The position numbers and the translations under genes are program-made. A DNA stretch of 64,000 nt from Chrysomallon squamiferum (taxonomy: Eukaryota; Animalia; Mollusca), in contig CM022672.1 of the NCBI GenBank assembly GCA_012295275.1, positions 21,638,001 through 21,702,000 of the forward strand. The letters are read 5' to 3'. Positions 1-33,498 of the stretch are shown piece by piece. Position 1 is the first letter of the stretch; the number at the start of each line of letters is the position of its first letter. The notes below the pieces were generated by a model. The model was not told the origin of the DNA and made no database searches. It worked only from the letters and a program-made list of their open reading frames with translations.

Positions 1-1688
1 AGATAGAGTATTTCTTTCATATTTGAAGAAAACCAACTAAAAATAATAATAAAAGAAAAAACAAAAGAGTAAAAAAAGGCAAAATCAATAGAAAAAGAAT
101 GGAATTTTTTTTTAAAACTATCATTTGATTAAATGTAGGTTTTTAATGACCTTCTTAAATGACGTTTCTGTCTTCTTTAATGCGAAGATCAATCCATCAT
201 ATTGCCACACACAACATTGTTTCCACACTCACAATCCATTAGCCAGTAACGAATATTACACTTTAATCTTAACAACATATAGCATCCGCTAAATGAATTA
301 ATTTTTTAGAATACTTCTAATCTGAATAATAATAATAATAATAGAGAACTCTTCGTGAAATATAAAATAGTTGAAGAAAAACATCATGTTTTTTCAGTCC
401 AAGCCGCCATCATGATTTTTGTCCTACCAGACTAATCCTCAAATGAAAATAACTTCATTTATATATATATATTTTTTTTTTCGGCCTAAAAACGTTTTTG
501 CCTCTTGCTATATACGTCCAGATGAAAGCGTTTTGATTAATCAGAATGAAAAATGAGACGGCTTTTGAACAGAGAAAAGCTACTGAAGCGGTTGTAACAG
601 CGATAATAAAAGAGAAGAAAACAAACAACATGTTGACAGGTTGTTGACAATACTTTGGTGATAAAACAGATCGAAACGTGTTAGAATTAATTGATTAATA
701 TGCCATTGAAATTAAGCGCGTAAAAACAGAAGTGTCATTTCAGTAGTTTATATATGAGAGGTAAATGATGAATTCATGATCATATTTATATGTAATCTTT
801 AAGAAGAGTTAAGGAGTGTACAGAGCAGACAATGGCGAAACATTTTTTCTCAATTCTTGCTAATATTTTCAGTTATGTGTATCCTAAAATTTCAATAAAT
901 ATATCCATAATTATATATACTTATATCAGTTTTACTATTTTGTGCATTTTTTCTACGAGCGTGCGTTTATGTATATGACAAATAAACGAAAAAAAAAAAA
1001 AAACCAGTGAAAAGAATAACAACAACATATAAAAAAGAAAGAATTTTGGATAAATAATTAACAACAACAAAAAAAAAAAAAAACCAAAAAAAACTCGGAG
1101 AATAAAACCTCAAGCTTATTTTGTCCTTGAAACACCGAGCATATCTCATAATTCATTTTGTGCATTTGGTCATGAAATTAATCACTAAAGTGTTGGATTC
1201 AATTTAAGACAATAAACAGAAAATTAATTTAGTCACACAACCAGTGTTATAATTTCTGAAAAACTTTCACTTCTCTCAAAAACAAATCATTTTCATTTGG
1301 TTAAACTGACACATACGATTTCTTCACGCGACTTGTGTTAAAACAGAGCAAATGCAGCGTTATGAAACCACACATGGTAGACATCCTTCACCACTAGAAA
1401 TAATCAAAAATAAAAATAAAATATTAATAAAATAAAGAGTTTGCTTTGAGACTGTAAAAAAGATGAATGGATTGCAATTCTGTTTGAATTTAATTAAATA
1501 ACTTTTCATTTGGTTGATTAGGTTCAATGATTCAATCATGAAATAACAAATGTAGGTTAACTTGAAATATGTTACGTTGTCAAGTTCAGCAGGTTTGTTT
1601 ACACACTCGCAAACACAAGTTCACACATAGGTTTGAAATTAACACTCACACACACAGACACACACACACATATACATACATTCATATA

Positions 1689-1900
1689 CAGGGTGTCCCA
1701 GAAGTCACGCACCATGAAGATTTTTATTTAGATACATATGAATAACATTTTTATTAATAATAATCATAACAAATGCTCAAATTGCTTGCCCTCTGCATTG
1801 ATACATACTTCAATTCTCTTTATAAAACTGTTTTTTACTCTGTAATATAAAAAAAAAAAATATATACATGTATATGGTGCGCGACTTCTGGGACACCCTG
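1689..1900 (-). mobile_element. Non-autonomous Tc1/mariner-superfamily element (internally deleted; MITE-sized)
   Basis: 27-bp TIRs CAGGGTGTCCCAGAAGTC(A/G)CGCACCAT (1689-1715, 1874-1900, one mismatch) flanked by TA on both sides; minus-strand remnant 1838-1764 reads VKNSFIKRIEVCINAEGKQFEHLL*, resembling the C-terminus of mariner-like transposases. Confidence 0.9.
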
Positions 1901-2043
1901 TATATGTATATATAAATTTTATGAGAAAACAACAAGGACAGGGGAAAATGAAGAAAGGAAAAAAGAAAGGAAAAACAAAAGATAATTAAGAAATTACAAT
2001 GTTCAAGTCTAACATTTGTTTTTTGTTTTTTTTTTACTTTCAG

Positions 2044-22375
<20,332 letters not shown>

Positions 22376-22383
22376 AACATGTC

Positions 22384-22447
<64 letters not shown>

Positions 22448-23466
22448 TTTTCTTATAAATTAATTTCTTTTCGTTTTGTTGTTGATAAATTATGTTCGCC
22501 CGCTTATTTAAAAAGTAACCGTAGGCGAACGATGATGAAAATGGATAATGCTACTCAGAATTTCCATGCTCCTTTTCGCTGTCTATGATAAGGACGGCAG
22601 GCCTTCATACTGACTGATAACATGTTCATGTTTGCTTAACTTCAAAAAACAATGATAAACTTACTTACAAGCAAAGGAACAAACAGTTGTATGTTACTAA
22701 TACTGTGTGAATTTAGAATCAAAGACAACTCATTTTTAATTCTGTTGTAAATAATAATAATAATAAAAACACCACTATGTTACAAATTATTTTCTTTGAT
22801 CTTCTCAATGAACTACAACATGTGTGCTCTGGTTGCTATATTATCAACCCTTTTGAGGCTTCACCTGTAATTTCAAGGCGGATGAAGATCAGTTTCCAAA
22901 ATCTCCATTGTGTTGGAAAAAAAAAAAAAAAAAAAAAAAACAGATTTCCAATTCCTAATACCCAGTTATAATTCTAACACATACGCAGCACACTGTGATT
23001 AAAAGTACAATTTTTCTGTGTGATAATGTAGCCAAGAAATTGCTGACATTTTGATATACCTTGTTTTTGAAAAATAAAGACATTTTGCATCTTACGTAAA
23101 AGTATTAATTTTATTGCTCTAACAGAACTAACTGGAGCGTTGTAGGAACTATCATTTGATTGTTTGATAGATGGAATTAAGAGGTGAAATAAACGTGACA
23201 AGATTAAAACAAAAATGGATGAAATTAAGTGATGCAGAAATAGAAATATTATCAACAACAGCATAATAAAAACAACAGCAACAACAATAATAATAATAAC
23301 AATAATTATTATTAGTAGTAGTAGTAGTAATATAATAATTAATAATAATAAAAATAGCTAATAATACGGCTCTAATCGATTTACATTGATAAGTATTACT
23401 ATTCTATTTTTATTATTAATTTTATCATTATCATCATTATTTATTTTTATTTTTATTATTTTTTGA

Positions 23467-23512
<46 letters not shown>

Positions 23513-23629
23513 TTCTTTCTTGTGGTAAATAAATAAATACAAGACAAATCATTATTTGTTCATAATCATTTTGTCAACATATTCAGTGATGAAGTCCCAC
23601 TTCCCAAAATATTTTGTTCAATATAAGAA

Positions 23630-23711
<82 letters not shown>

Positions 23712-23768
23712 CTCTGACATTATAAAACAAAATAAACAACTGACATTATAAAACAAAATAATAATAAC

Positions 23769-23802
<34 letters not shown>

Positions 23803-24058
23803 TAGGTGGGGTTTTACATCGATATCATCATGAGTTTGCTGAAAAACAGTTAATTAGTTATCTATTTTATCCCGAAAAAACAACAACAAAAAAACGAACA
23901 ATATAAAAAGATACATTAATATCAAAACGAACAAAAAGATCAGCTTAATCAAAAGCAATAAAAATGCATACATACAGACACAATCTCTCTGTCTCTCACA
24001 CACTTTAATATTCATTTAAAAAATTTAATTATATATATATATATACACACAGGCGCGC

Positions 24059-24131
<73 letters not shown>

Positions 24132-25653
24132 GAAAGAGAGACATCTAGACGTCGTGCTGGATATTAAATAGGTTTGATAACATCTTTAACAGTTTTAAAT
24201 GTTTTACTAATGAGACTATTAAAGATAACAGAAAGAGATCTTGATAAAATGAGAGAAAAATTAATCAAAGCTATAAGGATATAAATAAATAAAACGATAC
24301 GAAAAGAAAATACCAGATAAAAAAAAAAAAAAAAAAAAAAGGAAGAAAGAAAAAAACAACGCAATAGCCAAGCTCCGGTGTTGGTATTTTTGTGACATGT
24401 GAAAGTTACTTTAGAACCATATATAAAATTATAAATTTACTTGTTTGTTTTTGTAATTGCTTTTTTAATTATTCGAATTTCCTTCAGTGGTAGCATTTGC
24501 TTATAAAACTATGACGGCAAAAGAAACGATTGAATGAATTAATGAGTGAATAAATAAATACATAAATAAATAAAAGTGTAGTCCAGCAGTAATTTTGAAA
24601 ATGGCATCATTAGCTACGTCATTTGAATCTAAAATAAGCTGAATAATGTAAGAGTAATTAAAACGGAGTATCTTCTGAATTTCATATAACCGAATAATTA
24701 TTACTACAAATACTATTCAAATAATATTTATTCAGTTATTCTATTTGTAACTAATATTCAAAGTTGATGTAGAACTATTTTTTTAAAGATTAATCCACTT
24801 TTTATGCTGAAAGGCAACTAGTGACATTTTGTCGAGTTAGATTTACCAGTTACGAGTTAAATATTCTGATGGGATAAATAATGAGTGAAGTCCTTAAGAA
24901 CAGGTTACAGAAAATAATAGTAATAACAAAAACAGCACATCAAAAGAACCAAACAGTAAATTCAAGTAAATATCGGGTTCTTTTTAATTAAGCACCGGAG
25001 AGCGATAGACTGATACACAACTCCAAGTCTAGGTTTATTAATATATAAGGCGTATTATTACTATGGCATGTAGTCTAGGAGCTGTCAACCTGCTACGGCT
25101 GAGTAATAATAACACAATAATGTCAAAATGAAATCAAATAACTTTTGACTGTATGCATGTTAACTTACTTTTTGCGGGGATAGCAGCATATTAGTCCAAT
25201 ACATGCATCAGATCATATTTCTGATTTGTAGTTACCCGGGAGAACGATTACTGCTTTAGAGATCGTGTTCAATTTTAATATAAAATATAATTTATAAATT
25301 TAATGTTTTGATAAAATATATACTGTAGTATATTATAGGTAGTTTAATGCATACTTTAGTCTGTTTCATCCTGAATATTTAGTAATCCCTACTACTCGCA
25401 ATTGTTTGCAAATGCAAGCAACACAACATCCAGGTTTAGGGTTAACATGGTTTTTCAGTGTGTGGGATTAGAATAAAAACAAATTACGTATATCACTATA
25501 TGAGTTTAGAATTAGATGCTAGAATAATTGTGTTTCTTTCGTAGTTATTTAAATAACGTACTTGTAATGACATTAAAATACATTTCTTTAAAGTCAGTTG
25601 CAGTTACATAAATTTACAAAACTGTTGAAGAAGTATAATTTTCTTCTATCCAG

Positions 25654-25760
25654 ATTTTCATTCTTTGTATTACAGCATACATCTTTTATGAGACAGACAT
25701 TGAGAAAGATTCAAAGTGTTAGAAAAGGAGGTTTCAGCTGGTTGATGTATAAGAGAACAG
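25654..25760 (+). other. Candidate 5'UTR exon of ZER1
   Basis: Pyrimidine tract ttcttctatccag acceptor and CAG|gtaact donor about 530 nt upstream of the ZER1 ATG; no transcript evidence. Confidence 0.35.
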
Positions 25761-26293
25761 GTAACTGCTGGGCAGATAAAAATATAAGAAACAAAAAAAT
25801 ATAAAATGGTCATTAGTTCTGAAGTTAATGTCATTCCTTGGGATTCTGACACTTTTACATGTAAAAATTAAAAATAAATGATTAAGGATTTAAATCAGCT
25901 TTTTAAGATCTAAAATGTGAGTGTGTGTGTGTGTGTGTGTGTGTAAAGTTGTTATTAATTATCTAAAGTGCCACTTAATGAATATGGTTATTACTATAGC
26001 TTTAAATTTATTGTAACTCAGTTGTTTAGCGTACCTTTTTGTAAGATTTAAATTTTTGTGCAATATTTGACTCAGAAATAGTTATTGGACATTTAATTAT
26101 TTTTGCAGCAACATGTTCAGAAAATGTACAACTATATATAAATGCTCTTAAACTACAGCTAGTTTCATTAATAAGACAAAAGTTTATAAGTTTCTTAAAA
26201 TATTCAAGAGTAAAATTACTAGAAGTAAAAGTAATTCATAAATTGTTTATGTTTGAATGCTTACTGATAATATTTATTGTTGGTCTAAGAACA

Positions 26294-27000
26294 ATGGCAG
26301 TTGACCAGTGGCCTCAAAACAATCCCAACTGTTTGGAAGATATTTGTGTTGAATTCTGTGCCAGTCATGTGGAAACATTTACCAGCTTGGTGGATAATGA
26401 TCTAAAGAAAAAACAGTATAAACTGCAGCCAGGTTTGTCTCTGCCTAAAGTCATCTGTGATAAACTGTTGGAGGCGTACATAAACAACAGTGACAATGAA
26501 GACATTGATGATAATTTTCTTAGCATATTCAGCGACACTCGGGTTTCTCAGCTAACAAATCTTAACCTGAGGTTCACAAACATCACCGACGGTGGTTTAC
26601 AGATACTGCAAAATCAGCCAGTTCTTAATCTCGACTTGTCACACTGTACCAAACTGACAAGTGCTTGCAAGGAGTCCATCATTGCCATGGGAAAAACACT
26701 TCGGCATCTGCAGCTGAATACAACACCGCAGGATGCATCCATTTTTGAATGTGTACACAGCTGCCCTCATTTACGTCGACTGAGTCTCTGTAATTTTGCC
26801 CTTGATGTTTCTGACATGAACTGGAAGTCGACGTGTCATATGCATCTGACACATCTTGACTTGACAGAATGTTCGCTGTCCTATGAATTCCTGGAAGGTC
26901 TGAGCTGTTTCACTAACCTCCTCTCACTCAGTTTGGCTGACGTGGACCTGCCTGATTTGGATGAAATACTGTTGAATATATGCAAACTGAAATATTTGAG
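26294..27000 (+). CDS. ZER1: ZER1 first coding exon (BC/VHL box and LRRs)
   Basis: acaATGG start context; LxxLxL repeats (LTNLNL, VLNLDL, LRHLQL, LRRLSL, LTHLDL, LLSLSL); AG|gtaagt donor. Confidence 0.92.
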
Positions 27001-27575
27001 GTAAGTTGTGAAGACCATCCTGTTTCTGCTTAATACAACAAAGAATTATACGTATTTTAATATGTGTCTGTATGTTGAGTCAGTGTATGTTGGTTTGGAT
27101 ATGTGAGCATATGTGATTGCATGTGTCTGTATATGTGTCATATATATATATATTTTTGTGTGTGTGCATGTGTTTTTTCCCATGTTTACCTTTACTTCTA
27201 TATATCTAATATAGATTGTCTATGTCAGCTGGATTATTTTATGATATTAATGGAGCATTTTTAAAATTCACACATTTTTTTTTTTTTTTTTGACTTTTGT
27301 ACCAGTACTTTTATTATCACATTTTATCATCAAACAGGCATCTGGACTTATCACAAAGTGGTGAGGTACTGAACGGCTACACATACGTTGTACAACAAAA
27401 CAATACACCACCTCTTAAAATACTCATGGATTGTCTCCCTTGTCTGACATCTCTAGACATTTCTGGAACAAACCTGGCTGGTTTTGAGCCTCCTAAAGTC
27501 ACATCCCATCGACTAGGTCCAAGATCTGAATTCACAGAAGACTCTGAAATGTAACTACTTATCTGAATCCACAGT

Positions 27576-27642
<67 letters not shown>

Positions 27643-29441
27643 ACACACCACACACCTACCACCTATGCATTACTTTTTAAATTGAGGCTTTTAAAGCTTC
27701 TTAGCAAAGGATATGTGAAGCATATCAGAAACCATTTTGTGTGAATTTCTGGAGCTGTATTTAATCTGAAGTTGTTATGAACTGTATTTATAAATTATTT
27801 TGCATTAAATTCACTTCACAACAAACACAGACAGACAGAGATATATACCTACATATTTAACTTAAATCATTTGATAGTATATTTATCTCTTTATAACTTC
27901 ATTTAATTTAAAGCTTTTGTTACAAGAATCTTTTCAGTTGTAAGTCCTAAAATGAGGGTTATAAAATGATAAATAATTGTAAATAAAATATTATAATCGA
28001 TTAGTATTATCAGGACAATATGAAACAATGTTATTATAACTATTATTATTGTTGTTGCTGCTGTTGTTGTTATTACTGTTATGAAAATAATTTTTAGTGC
28101 TTAATCAGTTAATGTTTTGGATATTTTATGTAACTAATTATCAAGATTAGGGCTACTAAAGCATAAAATCCCTGAATTTTATTTATATCCACTTTTTATT
28201 TGATGCAATATTTCTGTGTGTTTCAGATGTAGCATTCCTGGACTAGAAGGTCGACATTTGGAATTCCTGGGATTGTTTGACTGTCTGTACGATGCTTGTA
28301 GTCGAGAACACATACCAGCATGCAAGGTATTACTGACATATCATTTACAACAGTTTAATCTGTAATCAGTAATATTTATTCTTCAGCATTACCAAGATGT
28401 TTAATTGAGCCGATATTTGAATGCAATTTAAAAATCTAGATTATAGATTATGTGTGATTGTAATTATTTAAATATGTGATTCTACCAGTGGTATGAGGAA
28501 TTCAATTGCAGTACCAGTTTTTGAGTTATCAATTAAATGCAGTTGTAAAATTTCAGTTCTGAGATTCTTAAAACCAATATTTGTTCATATCTAATAATTG
28601 CAGTATAAACATAGGTTTATAGTGCAAGAAATACTTTTCAAGGAAATTTTTCTACCTAGATGAAAAAGAAGTTAGTCACATTTTCTGAAAATTTTCCTTG
28701 ATTATTGATATTCAACAAGGCTTTCATTACAATTGCAAAGTTATGGAGAATGAAATGGTGTCCTAAGGACGCTTATGTAAAATGAATCCCTCAAAATGTT
28801 AATTAATTCCAGATTTAATCAATGTATTTCAATATTTAATCAGTTTTGTAATGTGTATTTGAACCAGGTGACAGGCAAACATAATGAAGAACAGCTGATA
28901 TTTGCCATGCAGGTTTACAGAGACAGAACCAATTTTCTAGTCCGAGCTCTCAACAATATGTTTGAGAGATTCCAGACGTCCTCAGTATTAAGATGCTGTG
29001 ATGTTCTTGATGTAAGTTTTACTTTCACAGTGGTAACTGTTTCAAGATATTATTAAATATTCCACATTATGTTATCAAAAATATTTATCTTTGATCTTTA
29101 AAGTTGTTATTGCTATGTTCTTCTTGCTATTTTTAATATGAAATTGTAATTTAATATTTTAAGGATATTATCATAATAAAATTGACAATTCATATTACTG
29201 AATGTGTGTGTGTGTATGTCATATGTATGATTGACCCAGAATTGTTGTCATTTTCAATAAATCCATAAACCATAATACAAATTAAATATTAATAGAGACA
29301 TATGCTTATATGAAAACACATATGCACACACATAAAGTGACATATACAACAAAACACAAACACTTATGATACTAATATTGAAGCATTATGAGTACCAAAC
29401 AGTTTAATTTGTGCCATTTTTTTTTTTTTATATTATTATTA

Positions 29442-29472
<31 letters not shown>

Positions 29473-31230
29473 ATACATCTCCATTTTTCTTGTAATCATG
29501 ATCAGCAGAAAACAAGAACACACTGTTTGTTAACATGTTTATATAAGTATGTATGTATTGCTATCATAATTGTGTGTTTTGGGTACAATGTACAATATGT
29601 AAGTTTCTGGTTTTCAGGGCATATTATCTGGAATGGAACGTCATCCAAGAGAAAGAGATGTACAGATATCAGGGAGGTTTGTAAATAAATAATACTGATA
29701 TTTTTGAATTCTGTATTAAGCTATGTAATTAGCAAGTTTTATAGTTTCAGTTTTTAATATATAGTATAAAAAAATGATTATTTATTTCTTAAGAAGAATA
29801 TAAACCTTTGTCTTGAAGGATTTTTCTTTGTACTTGGATAAACTTTAAATGCTAAAAACATTACTTTTTTATATATACTGATGGCATATAACATGAGGAT
29901 TTGTTGATTTTTCATCTAAGAAATAATTTACAAATATTTTTAAAAGATTTTAATTTTATTATATTTACAGTGCATCTTTGTTTTACATTGCCAAAGGTAG
30001 TAAGAAAGGAAATATCACACAAAATCAGAAAAGGTAAATGTATTTATATTAAAATTACTGTCTATTATTGTTTTCAGTGGTGTCTGAAAACAGTTTTATA
30101 AAATGGAACCAAATGCACATATAAATTATACTGAAAGGATAGACTCTATATTTAAAACAAGTAAATAAATAAATTATTAATAATGTAATATTCAATTATT
30201 AATTGTACATGTACATACAAACACACAAACACACACATACATATAAACATTTTTTTTTTTTTTTTCCCTAGTTATTGCAGTTACTTATTTTTAAATTTCT
30301 TTAAATAATGGGGTTTTTGTCAGCAGTGAATAGTGATTTACTTTTTTTTGTTTTCCGAAATAAAGTAAAAATGAGCTTTGGTATTTTATTTTTTTTATAG
30401 CCACTACTTTTTTCATAACTAACTTTATTTATTTTTATTTTTTTTCTTCAGGAGAATTATCAAACTTTTACTGAATGGAATGAAACATTTTTCAGCTGAA
30501 CCAACGGTAAGTAAATCTAACCTACTAAAACTAGCACTGGACCTTAAACTTGATTGATACTGTATACAAGTATATCTAAATATGTATATTTTATAAACAA
30601 TATTTTGTCAGAGATATTTTTTGCAGTATTGAACACTGTACTTAAAATCACATTTGACAAATTAAGATGTTAATTATTTGATTAAATGTTATTTTCTCAA
30701 ATTGTTTACAGGAATGTTTTCAAAATATTTTCTGTATTTTTTTCAGATGATGCGCAATGGATGCTTAACCCTTTCACATTTCAGTATACCTTTTGACTTT
30801 GTAAGTTTTAATTAGTTGTGTATATGTGGATGGAAATAAATATATATATTTATACATTTGTTGCATTTTTCAGTAGATGGTGTTCGAGCACATGATTTCA
30901 ATTCACACATTACTGAAATTTATTATACCCACACACATACATTCTGAAAAGTGAACAAAGTGGCACATATGTTGTTGATTTACCTCTGTAGAAATATCTA
31001 AATACTTTCTTTGAATTTTACTCAAAAAACATTTCATTCCAATCCATATATATATGTATATTTCTTTCTATAGGAAGGCACATATATAATATTCCATCCT
31101 GCTAATCAATAGGTCAACATGATTTCTCTTTGATAATGTTTATTAACAATGTTCAATTAAGTACAAAATGTAATGACATAGATTTAAAATATTTTCATTT
31201 TTATTCATTTACTTTGTTTGTGTGGGACTG

Positions 31231-31269
<39 letters not shown>

Positions 31270-33449
31270 GTCTATTAAATATATTCATTATAATCTAGAT
31301 GTTCTGCTACAAGACAATGGTGAAAGTGTTGCTGAAGATGCTAATGATTGACCACAGAGACAACTTCATTCATCGTATTGGCATATATCTCCTCAACAGT
31401 CTAGCCTGTCAAGTGGACGGCAAGGAGAAAGAGTTGGTTGGAGAGATGGGAGCAATAGAGGTGAGTGTTAACAGAGAAAACTTCCTGATGTTGAATACTT
31501 CTCTGTGTATCTGTCTGTGTCTTTCACTAGCTGTTCTGTTTGTGCTGTGTGCAGTTCTTACGTGTTTGAGTCTGTGTTGTGTACAGGCTTTTGTGGTTGG
31601 GTAGTGTGTGTGTGTGTGTGTGTGTGTGTTCCAGAGGAATTGAGAGAGAAAGACCGATATAGACAAACAACAGAGAGAGAACATGCACATGTTAAACTGG
31701 CATAACTATTGCAAGGTGCTTATTTACTGTATTTTTGTATTCACTTTTATCATTCAGATAATGCTGCTAATTGTTAAACGCAAGGTGGTGCGCAATGAAT
31801 GTGATGAAATACTGGAGGTGGCTTGGAGTACAATGTGGAATGTTACAGGTAGAGAGTTTCAGTTGTTGAAGAAATGATTAAAAATAATAATAATTAAAAT
31901 AAATTATAAAAACAGCATAGAGAAAAATAATGAATATGTGTTACAGCAGTTTTTATTGTCATCATTTATTATTTATTCTATAACATAATAAAAATAAAAT
32001 GTGTAACTGTATTACAGAAAAAAACTTTTTAAGTGTAATAAATAAATAATACTAATAATAAATCAGTTCTAGAGATATGGACTAGATTCATTTTGTTTAA
32101 TTTTATTCTGTAGTTATTTTTATCATTTATTCTTCTTTTTTTTCTGCAGATGAAACACCGGCTAATTGTGAAAGATTTCTTAATCAAAATGGAATGGAGT
32201 ACTTCCTGAAATGTTTGAAGGTTGTTAATTTAAGAAACAAAAATTTGCACATAACATATCTTTAGATGTCTAAAGACTTTAGAATTTTCTGAACCTTCAT
32301 CTCATTTGTTAAATTTAAACAAAGTATACCAGTTAGTGAAAAATGGCAGCTAATTTTGATCCAGATTAAATATAATTATTGGATAGAACACTTTAAAAAA
32401 ATTTGTTTGTGATAACAGTTGTCATTAGTAGCAATAATATAATGAACATAATTAACTAAAATTAATTTACATAAGTAAATGTTTAAATTGAAAATGTTTC
32501 TATAATAATAATAATAATAATATAAAGAAAAACTCACAGACAATCAAAAAATTGTTTTTTTTTTTTTTTTTTTTTTTTTAATCTAGTTACATTTGAATGG
32601 AATATTTTGTAACTAAATAATAGAAAACTGATTTTTTTTCAGGATTTTGAAGATAAACCAGAACTGCTAAGAAACATGATGGGACTAATGGTAAATTTTG
32701 AAACATAAGTTTTATACATTTCTGATGTACTGATAAAAAAATGCATAAATGAGTAATTTATATCGTATCTTCACTTAATAAGCTAATACTGTAAAAGTAA
32801 ACTTTAAAGCTATTCATTTTTATAATTGTTTACCTCATTATCAGTCAGTGTTAGAAACAGAGGGATATTATTTACATTTGGTCTGCCCCATTCATGGATA
32901 TTTGGTTCCAGGACTGCATAAATGTGCAAAAACCATACATATTCTATACATATTCAGTACTTGAAAACCCAACTGTAAGTACTATTAAGAACTTTAAAAA
33001 CCCACCTAAATCATATAGTCTACAGTAATCTAGCACACTTTATGCAACCTTAACAATACAGTTTACTGTGCAGTCATTTTTCTTTTAAATATATTTGAAC
33101 AGGAGTTGATCAAAGTGTGGATACCACCAACCCATGGATAAGGGCAGGGGACAGTTGTAAAAGAAATATTAAAATGTTTGGATATTGAATATTTTAGACT
33201 GCAGTTGAAAATAGAGAACTTTGGATAATATTATAATAAGATCTGAAAGAAATTATTCTTTACACCATACTACTAATGTCTGACTTCAAACAAATTCTAT
33301 TTTTAACAGGGTAACATAGCAGAAGTAAAATACTTGAGACCAAGACTAATGGTGACAGAGTATGTTACTGTTTTCAGGTAACTATTATCCTTTATTATTT
33401 TGTTAAGAAACAGAATGATCATCATTATCATTACTAGTATTACTGATAC

Positions 33450-33498
<49 letters not shown>

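Noticed and set aside
1-2043. Search for the RTK start and signal-peptide exon; Kozak-like GCCGCCATCATG near 403
   Set aside because: That ATG hits a stop after 7 codons and no hydrophobic leader exon was found; the start is probably upstream of the window.
25436-25445. TTAGGGTTA as telomere seed or telomerase RNA template
   Set aside because: Only about 1.5 units, with no pseudoknot or H/ACA context visible.
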